Assembly: GCF_902459465.1 (NCBI RefSeq)
Contig: NC_047080.1
Coordinates: forward strand, 3,782,001-3,846,000
Source: Asterias rubens
Taxonomy: Eukaryota
Length of the DNA stretch: 64,000 bases
Reading direction: 5' to 3'
Position 1 is the stretch's first letter. Each line of letters starts with the position of its first letter. This document shows, piece by piece, positions 35,784-49,390 of this stretch. The notes beneath the pieces are model-generated. The model was given only the letters and a program-made list of their open reading frames with translations, searched no databases and was not told where the DNA came from. A program made the position numbers and the translations under genes.

Positions 35784-38389
35784 AGTTTGTGTTCTCCCTG
35801 TCTCTTTATTTTTTACAACCTGGCAATGTTGGACATCAAGATTAGCATCGTCACCAAACCCCAACTCCCCATCCTCTATCTATAAACCAGCATTTTTGCC
35901 TTCTCTCAATACAAGACGACAGAAACTGCTTCAGAAATTTACCATTATTCAGAGTTTTTGTGTGCTGGCACCAACAATGGTTTGGGGAGCAGATTTGGGG
36001 TTCAACATTTTTGTACGTCGACTCTGATTTTTTCTCTCGTTTTCTTCCGCTGTGAGTTCACAATGTCTGGGTGACCTTTCAGTGACCTCTTGATTGCCTG
36101 AATTAGCGTCAATGTAATTCAAAAAATAAAACTAAAACAACTGCACTTTTTTTAAAGAGACCCCAAAGGATTTGATGTGTTTTTGTTCGTTTGAAGCCGA
36201 AGGCTGCCATGGTAACAGTTTATTTTTTCTCTAGACTATTATTATTCCTTATGTTGATATGAAATCCAGAAATTTAATCCGACGGACTGTGAGTATTTTC
36301 TTTTGCTTATGTAGTGTGAAATTTAGGCATAATATTTATACCATTTTTTAAGGAGGCATTAGCAGAAACATTCCACAGAGCTATAATGTAGGAAAGGTAG
36401 GGAGCTTGAATTATTTTGCAGCAATATCGTGCGGTGGATATTTTGTGGTTACAAACTTCTCAAACTGATCTAGGATTTACGTCGGAGATGACCGGATGAA
36501 TTTGTTTTCAAAATACTATGAAGTTTCCTCCTATGTTGAGTCCCTCAACTTCTCTAGACCCCAAATACTTATATGTTGACTTGAAGCCCCACTTCATTCA
36601 TAGCCTTTGAATTTTTTAAACTCAATGCTTTGACTCCTGTATAGACTTGACCTGTTTAAATAGTCTCAATTTCTTTTGGAATGTAAACAGCGCCCTCATG
36701 TGGTAGTGCACAGGAAGGGAAGCTACAAGATAAATGACCGCTCCAAGAATTTTCTTAAAATTATATTAAAATCTTTGGGGTCTGCTGTAGTGGAATAAAC
36801 TGTATGGCTATTTTCTGTCCTGTTTTTTTTTTTTAAGTTGAATTTTCGATTATATTTTCTTGTATTTTACTTTCCAAGTGCTTAAGGATTCTTTGATGCC
36901 TTGTTGTTGCGAACCGAGGAATGTTTTGTGTCCTATTGTTTTATACATTGTAAAAGGAGATTGTTTATAGTTTCTCCACAGTATAGTGTGATTTTTTGTA
37001 ATTCATGAAGAGAAAAAAAAAATTAAAAACCAGGGACGATAAATTTTCGAATTAATTAATGATATTATTTTTCGGTGATCCAACAGTTTGAATAAATACT
37101 CTTTTAGATGGATCAGGGTGTACTATCATGGGGCTTTGCTGGTAGTTGAGTTGCTATGATCCTCATAAAGTTAAAAATTACTTTCATGAAAACACCTCGG
37201 AGGTATGTAAACTATTATAGAGGGAACCCGTTTTCATTACACAGACATTACATACAGATGTCCACTTACAACATGGTGGTTATGTGAGCTGGGGTGGATT
37301 CCTATATCGAGGGATAGGATTAGCTTAAAGTTTTCAGTAACTCTTAATGAAATTGACCTCTGGTGCCGTGACCTGTGTTATCACCGCGGCAGTGCCGTTT
37401 TCTCAATGGTAACAAAATGCTCGCCGGCCAGTGTCGCATTGTTTTGTTAGCCCTCTGGTTCTAGTATATAACTCTATGCCAAACAGTAATACATGTATTC
37501 AAACATAGATCTGTATATTTGATGCAAGAATAACCCTTCCCCTCCTAAAAAAAATATTGGCTAAAATTTTTGTGAGAAGATAAAATAGATACTGAGCTGA
37601 GGGTCCACCATTTCCCCCTTAAATCAACATCGACATGATGCCAAAATAATGCATTTACCCTTTTTTTATTGAGGATTAAATTAATTCATTGTACCCTGAA
37701 CATCCATTGAGTGGTTTAATGTGAAATCAAAGAGAAAATCATCTTTTCTAAATGCATATTATGTCATTCATGACCAATATCTTAGTTGAAAACTCACGGC
37801 TGTTATCACTAAACAGCTGAGGGAGATGCGATCATATTGCATGGAGCAAATTGTGTGTATAAGTGTGCAAGACACAACCTTTTGACTAAACATGACGACT
37901 TAATTTTTGTAAGAGACTTCACCATTTGGTAGTACATGTAATTGCTATAGACAATACATTTGATGTTATTGGTAACAGTTGGATTCTCAATTGGGTATTA
38001 ATTCAGCATTAATTTGGCAAGATTCTTATTTGGGCAAGGCTTAGCATTAAGATTTTCAAAAGGGGTTCAAGTATAACCAATTAAGGATTTCAAATGTCAT
38101 GCATTCTAAAAAGCAGAAACATTTATTAAGCCTTTTGTTTCATCCCCGATATAACGGGGAAAATGTGTGTCACTTTGCTTGTCTACCTCCACATTTGTTT
38201 AAAAATTGCTGATTGCTGGTTGTTGTTTTTCAATGAAGGTTATGTTTTTCCCCCAATGTTTCAGTCGCCAGTATATTACAATGGGTTGATGACTGAACCT
38301 CATTAGACTTTTGAATAAAAAAAAAACTGTCTGTAAATATGCTGACTTGAATGTATGTTTTATTCATGATATTAATTTTTGTTTGTACT

Positions 38390-38800
38390 CATAATACACA
38401 GATATGTGTTAGCACTGTACACTCAGCACTTTCCCTAGTCTTGGTGCAAGACATCCCTGTTTTGTATTTCCACAAATTTCCGCCGCCCATAGAGGGCGCT
38501 ATCACTCCACCAATAGTGGTTCGTGGGTGATAGCGGTTGGTGGAGTGATAGCGCCCTCTATGGGCGGCCTGTGATAGCGGTTCGTGGGTGATAGCGGTTA
38601 GTGGAGTGATAGCGCCCTCTATGGGCGGCGGAAATTTGTGGAAATACAAAACAGGGACGTCTTGCACCAAGACTATACTTTCCCGAGCTCTGTGGAAAAG
38701 AAAATCACAGGCATGTTACTCGGGTGGGATTCGAACCCAAGACCCTTGCAATTCTAGAGCAGTGTCTTACCAACTACCACCGAGATTGCCCTGTAGCTAG
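38390..38800 (-). mobile_element. tRNA-derived SINE hosting the 38436 MITE. Partial copies at about 20230-20330, 38900-38950 and 60030-60125
   Basis: The reverse complement has a tRNA-like head (GGTAGTTGGTAAG...GGGTTCGAATCCCACC). The body is shared with the other copies. Confidence 0.75.
38436..38675. mobile_element. 240-bp MITE with about 75-bp TIRs and a 9-bp target duplication, inserted in a SINE
   Basis: The TIRs differ at one base. Flanks are CACTTTCCC (38427-38435) and TACTTTCCC (38676-38684). Termini are TAG...CTA. Confidence 0.85.
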
Positions 38801-39736
38801 AGGCAGTTCAAATCCTATGTTTTGGCAGCGAGTACTGCAACGATTTAATAGATGTTCAGTTTGCATCAGGGATAATGAGTATCAATGGGGGTCGTACCCA
38901 TATATATATACAGATGTGTTTTAGCACTGTATACTGTATATTCGAATATTTCCCTGAAATACAATAGTTATATACACTATTTTTGAGATGCTAAATTCCA
39001 ACAGTGAAATCAAACCAAATTAAGACGATTCATTTATCTGGAATCATATCCCAATATATATTTATTTACACATCTAGTTGATACGATGCAGTGATAAACA
39101 GCATTTAATTGGTAAAGAATTTTTCTTGAAGGATTAAAATACTAGGGGTCCCAAAACTTCTGAAATCTTAACTTTTTAATAATTGTTCAGAAACTTTGAG
39201 TGAACAATAAATTACTGTAATTAATTTTAGGGGGGATTACCACATGTATACCTTTCCTTAAAAAAGCCTCCCCACAACCAAATTATGTCTTTGCCCTTGC
39301 TTCCCCCCCCCCTTCCAATGTAAATGTCTGGTTATGGTTATGCCACTGTCTAGAGCATACATGCTCAAGACAGGATGAGACCACCTCATTCGGTTGAAGG
39401 GTTTAGTTGATACGTCTTGTAGATTAAGTTTTTAACTATGACATGAATCCCTACTCACTGTGAATGAAGATGTATCTAATATAATTTACCAGTTTGTAAT
39501 AACATATGTCTCCGAAGACAATAGTTATTCTTGTGACGTTGTTTTACTCATCTCTCGAAAAACTACAGCATCTCAGCTAGTAATATATTAAGGGAAGCTT
39601 TCTATCTTCAAACAGTGTGAGTTTAATGTAAACCTGTGGACGTTGGGTTTTGTGTCGTCAGACAAAAAGTACCAAAACCCTGAATTCACAGCGCTGATTA
39701 AGATGTACGTTTCTGACGATGGTGTGCGTTTCAATG

Positions 39737-42700
39737 TCACGTCGTCCCTGGCTGTAAATTGTTTTGACACAGTAGCAAGTTCAAGACGTCTGTTGGTTTC
39801 AGAACACATGTGCTTCCCACGACAACCTGTTCAAAATATGGACACGGAGATTGAAAAATAAACTGTACGGCGAGACTTTTGGAACACTAGGTGGTAGCAG
39901 ACTTACCAAAGCCCAATTTCATAAAGCTGTTAAAGACACTGGACACTATTGGTAATTGTCAAAGACCAGTCTTCTCACTTAGTGTATCTCAACATATGCA
40001 TGAAATTACAAATCTGTGACAATTTTAGCTCAATTGGTCATCGAAGTTGCGAGATAACAGTGAAAGAAAAAACACCCTTGTCACACAAAGTTGTGTGCGG
40101 TCAATGCTTGATTTCGAGACCTCAAAATCTAATTCTGAGGTCTCGAAATCAACTTCAAACATTTTAGTGAAAAATTACTTCTTTTTCGAAAACTATGTTT
40201 CTTCAGTGGGAGCCGTTTCTCACAATGTTATGTTATACTATCAACAGCTCTTCATTGCAAGTTACCAAGTAAGTCTTTATGCTAACAATTATTTTGAGTA
40301 ACCACCAGTAGTGTCCACTGCCCTTATGAGAGATTGCTGTAAAAGGTAAAACAGTAGGAGGGTTGAGTGATAATTTTCCCTACCTGTGTATTTGGAGAAT
40401 GAGCAGCCACTGTTTCTTTGATCATCTTGAACTCAGAGCAGGTGACCCCGCCCAAGACGAAGAAGATTAACAGGGGATGGTCACTTGGGCGTGGTTTACT
40501 CACATTCACAAAGAACCTACAAAGAAACAACAAACGAGATCAATGTCATTAGTACCACTTAAAATCATAGTTGCTTAGTCCTAAAGAATGGGACATAATT
40601 AGTCACTAAAGTCCTATGGGTTGTGTAATGAAGCAACCCAGTACAGTCAAAATTACAAAATGGTCAAAAAAACCTTAGAAAAAACATTTGGTGCATAATA
40701 ATAATTTGGGGGGCTAATCATCCTTACTCTCAGCTTAGAGCTGAATTGCGAAGGACGCGGCTACAACGTGTTCGAGAGGCAGGCATGCAAGGGCGCCTTT
40801 GGCTGCCAGCCACATCAACCCATTATGACCACTAGGAGCACAGCCAAGATCGAAAGTGTTTGATTTTCCCGAGGGAGGAAAACCGGATGGTCTGGAAAAC
40901 CCTTGTGGCACAGCAGAGAACCAACGCACAACTCAACTCACATATGGCCCCGGCCGGGAATCGAACCGGGGTCACCTTGGTGAGAGGCGAGCGCTTTACG
41001 CACATACCAACCATGCCACCATGCATGATGGTGAATGGACCAAAAAGAATTCCGCTCTCGATCATGAACATGTATGAGGTACAGCAGTAATTATTCTTTC
41101 AGAATGAGATATATACCTGAACCCAGTCTTGATTAGATCTCGGAGACCCGTTGACTTATACTCAACATCAGGTAAGTCTGGTTTGGTTGAACTGAAAATA
41201 TTGTCAAGGAGTTGTTTGAAGAAGGGGTTGTACGAGGCTGGGGCAACCATACTGCCATGATCAAAGATGGACCTAGTGAAAAATACAAACAGAATATTAT
41301 GTTTACATCTTATCACAGCATGCAAAAGACAGATAACATTTTCCTTTGTGATGGCAAGTCATAGAGTCGGGCCATGACAAGTTTGCTTGACACTATTTTC
41401 TGCTTAACATTACTAACACCGTAGCTTTTTTAAGATGGTTACCTGAATTGTTGCAGATGATCCCTGGCTCTCCCAACGGATCTCAATTTGACGAAGAGTC
41501 GATTAACTGCGTCCCTAACAGAGTCGTCCATTCGTTTCTCTCCGGCTACACGATAAGAAAACAACGTGGGTGATTATGTGTTGTTTAGACCCATTAGAAA
41601 ATGTGACACAGTGTTCTCCCCATGCAAAAGCTAAGTGGGCCCAATTTCAGGCTCTGTCTTATGCGCTACTGGAAGCTTATGTAAAGCGTATTGCACAGGT
41701 ACATTTTATATCAGACTGTTTTTTATGAAAACAAATTCCCACATTCTCTCAAAAATGGAAAGAGATGTTCACGGGTATGGTGTCAAAGGTTAAATATGGA
41801 TAGAACAATTATGACTTACTGAAAGAAGTCAGGACATCAGACGGCTCCTGCTCAGATAAGATAGCCTGTACTAACAGATTCTTCAAGCTCCTTTCATCGA
41901 GGTCAAAGTTTACGCTGTCATCTCCAGCCAGGGAGTACGCAAAGATGAGTAACAGGAGTATGATATCCAGGCTATGTGGCCTTTTAAAGAGGAATCAAAA
42001 GCAAGTTATGAAGTGTTAGTATTTGAATTGAACTGAATTAAAGTAGAGGAATTTCAATTGTGAAATTTACTTTGCTGATAAAAAGATTTGTTGAAAGTGC
42101 AACTCACAATTGCTCTGTCTGCCCTTTCTCTAAGATGGTTAAGATTTGGTCGAGGGTTGGTGTGCCATTTTCCTCTCCCATGGCCTGTATGAAAAGCTTC
42201 TCAGCACTGAGGGCACGATCCCACTCACCCTGGTCTGGGTGCTTCAGAGCCTCTACGCAGGCCGACGCTATCTGCAACAGCCCCGTGTTCCTGCGCAAAG
42301 CGTCTGGTTTGTCCCTAAGACATAAGACGAAAGAAACTTTATTTCTCTCCAAAAAGAAGAAATCACAATACAAGAAACAATGCACAAGGGTTTAAGAATA
42401 AAATCTACACACACCCATTGGGTTCACCTTCATAGAGCTTAACAGCAATTTTCTGCCAAGCAGCAATGGGCAGGACACCAGTCGCAAATGGTACATGTAA
42501 CATGGTAGTTTGGCTGGTAACCTTATAATGGTAAGCATAGTTTTGTTGTGCTTAGAATCTATTTGTGCTTAATAGGCAGCTCTTTAGTAGGTAGCCCTGG
42601 TAATTTTAGTCTTAAAAGAATTAAAGGCAGTGGACACTGTTGGTAATTAGTCAAAATTATTATTAGCATAAAACCTTTCTTGGTGACGAGTAATGGGGAG

Positions 42701-45700
42701 AGGTTGATGGTATAAAACATTGTGAGAGTGCCATAATTTTCGAGAAAGAAGTAATTTTCCACGAATTTGATTTTGAGACCTCAGATTTAGAACTTGAGGT
42801 CTCTAAATCAACCATCTAAATGCACACAACTTCGTGTGACAAGGGCATTTTTTCTTTCATAGTTAATAACTATGAAAGATAACTGTTATCTCGCAGCTCC
42901 GACGACCAATCTAGCTCAAATTTTCACAGGTTTGTTATTTTATGCCTATGTTGAGATACACCAACTGTGAAGGCTAGTCTTTAAAAATTACCAATAGTGT
43001 CCACTGCCTTTAAAGAGAACTTACTTGAACAGTTGTAGGTGAGTCTGCAGAATTTCAGGTCCCACTCTTCCTATTTTCACGCCCATTTTAAGGGGTAGTT
43101 TCTCCTTAGAGATGCAATCAACCAGTTGTCTATTCACGTCCATTAAACTTTCCTTGGACCAACAAAAAAAAGAACATGATAACATTCAATAGATGTCAAT
43201 TTCTGCACCGGGGATAAAGGATTGTTTTGGTACCCTTCCAATGAAAGGGCCAGGTCACACTTGGATCTGTTTACCCCTGATCTACCCTCGCAAAAAGGTA
43301 TACCCTGGGGAGTAGCCACCCCTACTCCAGCACCCCTACTCTGGAGTAGCCACCCCTACTCCAGCACCCCTACTCTGGAGTAGCCACCCCTACTCCAGCA
43401 CCCCTACTCTGGAGTAGCCACCCCTACTCCAGCACCCCTACTCTGGAGTAGCCACCCCTACCCCAGCACCCCTACTCTGGAGTAGCCACCCCTACCCCAG
43501 CACCCCTACTCTGGAGTAGCCACCCCTACTCCAGCACCCCTACTCTGGAGTAGCCACCCCTACTCCAGCACCCCTACTCTGGAGTAGCCACCCCTACTCC
43601 AGCACCCCTACTCTGGAGTAGCCACCCCTACTCCAGCACCCCTACTCTGGAGTAGCCACCCCTACTCCAGCACCCCTACTCTGGAGTAGCCACCCCTACT
43701 CCAGCACCCCTACTCTGGAGTAGCCACCCCTACTCCAGCACCCCTACTCTGGAGTAGCCACCCCTACTCCAGCACCCCTACTCTGGAGTAGCAACCCCTA
43801 CTCCAGCACCCCTACTCTGGAGTAGCCACCCCTACTCCAGCACCCCTACTCTGGAGTAGCCACCCCTACTCCAGCACCCCTACTCTGGAGTAGCCACCCC
43901 TACTCCAGCACCCCTACTCTGGAGTAGCAACCCCTACTCCAGCACCCCTACTCTGGATTAGCCACCCCTACTCCAGCACCCCTACTCTGGAGTAGCCACC
44001 CCTACTCCAGCACCCCTACTCTGGAGTAGCCACCCCTACTCCAGCACCCCTACTCTGGAGTAGCCACCCCTACTACAGCACCCCTACTCTGGAGTAGCAA
44101 CCCCTACCCCAGCACCCCTACTCTGGAGTAGCCACCCCTACCCCAGCACCCCTACTCTGGAGTAGCCACCCCTACTCCAGCACCCCTACTCTGGAGTAGC
44201 CACCCCTACTCCAGCACCCCTACTCTGGAGTAGCCACCCCTACTCCAGCACCCCTACTCTGGAGTAGCCACCCCTACTACAGCACCCCTACTCTGGAGTA
44301 GCAACCCCTACCCCAGCACCCCTACTCTGGAGTAGCCACCCCTACCCCAGCACCCCTACTCTGGAGTAGCCACCCCTACTCCAGCACCCCTACTCTGGAG
44401 TAGCCACCCCTACTCCAGCACCCCTACTCTGGAGTAGCAACCCCTACTCCAGCACCCCTACTCTGGAGTAGGGGTAAGCGGTAAAACTCTTACCCTGTGG
44501 AAAATTATAAATAGTGTTATTTTTGTATGTAGAAATTGTAACGGCTTTATTTTCTGTCTCACACCTGTTAGTTTTGTCCTGTTAGTTTTGTCCTGTTTTT
44601 TTAATGTCTGTCTGTTTTTCGGTCTGTCTGTTCATAGGCTGGGGAACAAAAGCTGTGCTTCTCCCCGGACCTAGATGTTGCCTTTTGTTCAAAGTTTCAC
44701 CTTTTAATATATTTTATATTTACATTAATTTTGTCTATATTACTCTGTATTATACACTATTTGCAACATTGAAGAAACGTTTATATTTATCTATATCTAT
44801 GTAATAGGGACACAGTGTGAAAGTGCGTTGGGGTTAAACTGTGGGGTTAAAACTACTGGGGCATCTCTCCTTGGGGATTTGAGATACAGTGTGAACAGGG
44901 CTATTTACCTTGTGTTTTGTTGTGATGAGGGTATATAAGACAGAAGATGATGTGGAATCCGTGGGGTGAGCCAGACAACCCGGATAAATCACTTCCAACG
45001 AGCTCTGACGATTCCTGTCAAGAATTACTTATGCATAATTATTTGGTATATAATTTGTGTTTACTTTTTGTTGATTCAGAGGGAGCCGTTTCTCACAATG
45101 TTTTATACTATCAACAGCTCTCCATTACTTGTTACCAAGTAAAAGTTGTTATGCTAACAATTATTTTGAGTAGATACTAATAGTGTCCAGTGCCTTAAAG
45201 CTCAAATGTTTCTCCTTACCCTCCTAGGGAGTATACATCTGCCATGTCAACTGCAACGTCGGCACTGTGACCCGGCAAACGATTGAGAAATGAAAAGAGC
45301 TTATCTGCCAGAGTTTCTCTGTTGAGGTGGCTTGAGGCTCCTACAAGATCTAACGTCCGATCGACCAGTAAGACAGATGCTCTATGCTGTGCAGCCTAAG
45401 GATGTTAGCACAAAGAAACCATAGATTGGAAGCCATTTATTATATACCTACCACATCAGGATGTTAGCACAAAAAATTAACGTATAATTGCACATTCCAT
45501 AAGTGCCCTCTTCATTGGGTCAACAACATTCCTGTAATCTTTCTCAACTCCCTGAGCAGTTTACAGCCCTAAGGTGCCGTGGTGCTCCGAACTACTTATT
45601 TTGCTGACAATTTTAACTCAGGTAAAAGACATGAAATCTTTGTACAGGTTTAGTTTGCATGGCATTGTCTTGCACAGGTGGTTAATCACAATTTGGGTTT

Positions 45701-48700
45701 GGCTTGGTTACAAATACTTGGGCCCGATTTTCTTTGCTTTAGATGCAAACAATTGAGTTGGGCACCAGTCACAACATCAAAAACTTAATGTACTTTTGAC
45801 TGGTAACCTGTTTCTATTAAGCAATACTTGTCTGTGCTTAGCACATTTTCGTGCTTAAATATAGAATTAATTTATGAAACCGGGCCTTGATGAATAATAG
45901 ACATGGTAAATGAAAAAATTCCCTACCTTTCTTCTGGCCTTGGCCGAGGGTAGGCCAGCAAGTTCAGAGGCTACTATCCGGCTAGTGTGACCGACTGCAT
46001 ACACATCCTCACTGACTTGTAGCTGCTCACAAAAACCACTCAGGCTCGACACAAACATCTGTAAAACATTACCCAAAAAATATAGTTTCTTTTACAAAGA
46101 ACTTGGCATATTTCAAAAAGTGGCTATAAAGAACATAATTTCAATAAAAGCAGCAATTTGCTTTGATATTTTGTTTTCTTCAGGATAATAAAAAAAAAAA
46201 ACTTACCTTGATTTGAGTTTGAAGTTCCCATGGTAACATGTGAAGCTCAATATCATCAAATTTATCAGCCGATTTCTTCTCTCCCTGTACATAAGTTCAG
46301 TCCAGGTAAAAAACAAGTAAACAAAAACAACATTATCATAATGAACTGATCAACACACTTCGGTCACCAAGCAGGTAGTCTGACTATTTTTGTAATAGCC
46401 GTGCCGGCACGATAATCCGGTTAGTCGAAAAATGGTAGTCGCAACTCGGCCATTAAGCAACCATTAGTCGTGACTTCCACATTAGTCACAAAGGCTTTGT
46501 CTTGGATCCTCAAATGAGGTACACTTGTACTTACCCTGTGTTCTCTGCCTTCTTGAACTTTGACCAGGTCAGAGGTCAATAATGGGAAGAGTGAGCTGTA
46601 GGTCGGTGTGACAAATAAATTTGGGCACACGGGGGCGGCAAACACTGGAATGTGATGAACCTCAGCCTCCGCGATCTGCAACAAAAAATCATCGCAAATT
46701 TGGTAAGAATATTTTATAATAAACTGTAAATGAATGTGGAATCAGAGAAAAATGTCTTTACTGCTCCATTGTTATGTAAGAGAATGTTGTCTCTCAACAG
46801 TTGATTTTCTATTTGGATATTTCATTTGAACGGATTAGATATGAAATGCACAAAACCATGTGACCAAATGTTTATTTTTCAGTGTTCAATTTCTTTCAAA
46901 CAATACCCCAATTTGGTGAAGATATGTACCATAACTTTATACGGTTTAAATTTGTTTGAACACCTGGGTTTGATACCCCTTAACCTTTCACCCTTAACCC
47001 TCCCTTTTCCACTATAGTGCATCAACACTCAAATCATGGTGAGATATTCTGCTCTGGAGTTAAAACTTCACCTTCTCATGCCAAACTACATCGCTGTTGC
47101 ATCGTTACTGTAGTTAGCACTTTGCAAATATATAGCAGTGTTTTCTACACTTACCGGACCACCCATCCACTTTCTGAGCTTGTTCTCAAACTGGGCAAAG
47201 AGGGCGCCATCCGTGCTGCCTTCACCTGGCCCCTCCGTCATAAGATGCACATGTAATGACTGAGGAACAGCAGTGATGACGATACAGTACTGAAACTGAC
47301 TGGAGCGAACAACGTCCTGATGACAAAAGGTACAATATTGTTAAAAGATACAAACTCCTCATTAATAATAATAATAATAAAAATAATAATGAAGAATCAT
47401 TGGGCCAATAACATTCCTTTACAGTTTTACCTTTCTTAGTAGCTCCCTGGGGGAGTATACAACCTGGGGAACTGTAGCGCTCGAAAGGCTTTTTCATACA
47501 CAATATCAACCTCGCAGGTACCCATTTATACTCCTGGGTGAAGACAAGCAATTACAGTAAAGTATCTTGCTCAAGGACACAAGTGTCACGACCAGGATTC
47601 GAACCCACATTCCGATGACTTTACCACCACAACTTGAATTCGATGCTCTTAACCACTCGGCCATCCTACAACATGGCCCAATTATAATAAGCCCACCTTG
47701 ATTATTTCTTCCACAGTATCTTTGAGAACTCCACTAACAATGAACACAGCCTTCCTCTCTTCTTGTGTACCACTCTGTGAAGAAAAAGAAAGATGGAAAA
47801 CAATTCTTCGGTTAGTAGGATTTAAAGGCAGTGGACACTATTGGTAATTACTCAAAATTATTATTGCCATAAAACCTTACTTGGTGACGAGTAATGGGGA
47901 GAGGTTGATGGTATAAAACATTGTGAGAAACGGCTCCCTCTGAAGTGCCATAGTTTTAGAGAAAGACGTAATTTTCCATGAATTTGATTTCGAGACCTCA
48001 GATTTAGAACTTTTTAGGTTTTTAAATCAACCATCTAAACGCACACAACTTCGTGTGTCAATGGTGTTTTTTTCTTTCATTATTGTCTCGCAAGTTCGAT
48101 GGCCGATTGTGCTCAAATTTTCACAGGTTTGTTATTTTATGCTTATGTTGAGATACACCAACTGTGAAGGCTAGTCTTTGACAGTTACCAATAGCGTCCA
48201 CTGCCTTTAAAACTGGGGTAGGAGTATTTAATCAAGTGAAGTTTAATCATGTGTAAATCTTTGTTTTAGTAGTCTTGGTTCTGAATCTTTCGATCAGTAT
48301 GCAACGTTCTTATACCAGTCTTTGACCTCACTAGTTTACCAGTGTTGGCTGCTTGCTTTCAAACACCAGGGGTCGCTTTCACAAAAAGCCAAGATTGATC
48401 TTAACTGCATATCAATTGTAGTTGCTTAGTAAAGTGTGATGTCACAATACAAATCACCGTGGTAATACTGACAATTTGTCTTGCGATGAATTTTGTTGAT
48501 TTGTGAAATCGACCCCAGGCCTGAAATTACACACAGGCCACAGAATCCACAGCTTCTGTTGCCCCTGCCCTGGTCTTGGCCTTGGTGCCTCTTCAAAAAT
48601 TTCCTGTTGACTTCAAATGGAAGTGCCCTTTTCAAAATGAAAATGGCCTTGCCCTTTTCAAAGATGAAATTCCAGGCCTGAAACATACCTCAAATGATGA

Positions 48701-48871
48701 GAATTCCTTGATGTTAACAGCCCCACCTTTGAGAAGCATTCCTGCTCCTCCACACCAGTGTAGACATTCCACCATGGAGTTGTCAATAAAGACGACTGCC
48801 TTCCCTACATGTTGACAGATCGACTCCCAGCCTGATCTGGAACAGGCAGTGATGCTCCTTGACCCTGACAT
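39737..48871 (-). CDS. SCFD2: Sec1 family domain-containing protein 2, 677 aa
   Basis: 15 phase-consistent exons: 48689-48871, 47697-47774, 47155-47316, 46535-46675, 46207-46284, 45927-46058, 45220-45395, 44909-45014, 43025-43152, 42108-42314, 41820-41980, 41443-41545, 41117-41272, 40384-40516 and 39737-39826 (2034 nt). The product is colinear with human SCFD2 as I remember it, e.g. KAVVFID, FQYCIVIT, LVDRTLDL, DLIKTGF and PRPSDHPLLIFFVLGGVT. Confidence 0.95.
39930..40326. mobile_element. Kolobok-like MITE family A copy in the last SCFD2 intron
   Basis: TIRs and the shared body. Confidence 0.85.
40735..41010 (-). mobile_element. tRNA-derived SINE with a V-domain-like centre; second copy on + at about 57535-57660
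   Basis: B box GGTTCGATTCCC followed by ATGTGAGTTGAGTTGTGCGTTGGTTCTCTGCTGTGCCAC in both copies. The domain name is from memory. Confidence 0.7.
42621..43013. mobile_element. Kolobok-like MITE family A copy in an SCFD2 intron
   Basis: TTAA flanks, TIRs and the shared body. Confidence 0.85.
43308..44472. repeat. 34-bp minisatellite, about 34 copies, in an SCFD2 intron
   Basis: Unit GGAGTAGCCACCCCTACTCCAGCACCCCTACTCT with few variants and no spacers. Confidence 0.97.
47360..47665 (-). mobile_element. CORE/MIR-like SINE. Related copies at about 22631-22948, 25420-25720 and 45470-45620
   Basis: Shared TCATTGGGCCAAT(A)ACATTCC...ACTCCTGGGTGAAGA...GCTCAAGGACACAAG...GATTCGAACCCA, with an (AAT)n tail in the 47360 copy. 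Confidence 0.7.
47822..48210. mobile_element. Kolobok-like MITE family A copy in an SCFD2 intron
   Basis: TTAA flanks, TIRs and the shared body. Confidence 0.85.
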
Positions 48872-49257
48872 TTTTAAAACTGTTACTGTTGTTTTTTCCT
48901 TTTTTTGTTACAAGTTTAGAAGCGTGTTCTCGATGTCTGTTGTTACATTGTCTGCAAAATGAAAGGTATGTACATTTTATATCAGAAAATTTATGAAACG
49001 TCATTGGGTTTTTGGAAGAGCATTGCATTCAAATACTATTATTAAAAACAAATTCTCAAGGCACTGGACACTAGTATTGGTGATGGTGGAAAAACTGTCC
49101 GTATCCTGTCCTGTATCTGTATATAAAATAATAAAATAGTATCTCATTTACTGGACCCAGTCACTACTGGGGGGCTGTGCTCTTTTTTTAGAAATTTAGT
49201 AGTAGTGTACTAGTAGTACGACCGATAATGACAATTTCGAAAAATATAGTACAGCGC

Positions 49258-49390
49258 CCTGGGGCGCTAGATTCCTTTTTTCGAAATTTTGACATTATCG
49301 GTCATCCTAGCCGATAATGTCAAAATTTCGAAAAAAGGAATTTTGACATTATCGGTTATCTAGCCGATAATGTCATAATTTCGAAAAAAA
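49258..49390. mobile_element. Palindromic MITE with internal CCGATAATGTCAAAATTTCGAAAA inverted subrepeats
   Basis: CTGGGGCGCTAGATTCCTTTTTTCGAAA ... TTTCGAAAAAAAGAATCTTGCGCCCCAG. Confidence 0.7.

Noticed and set aside
43308-44472. CRISPR-like reading of the 34-bp array
   Set aside because: The units are directly adjacent with no unique spacers, the context is a eukaryotic intron, and there are no cas genes.
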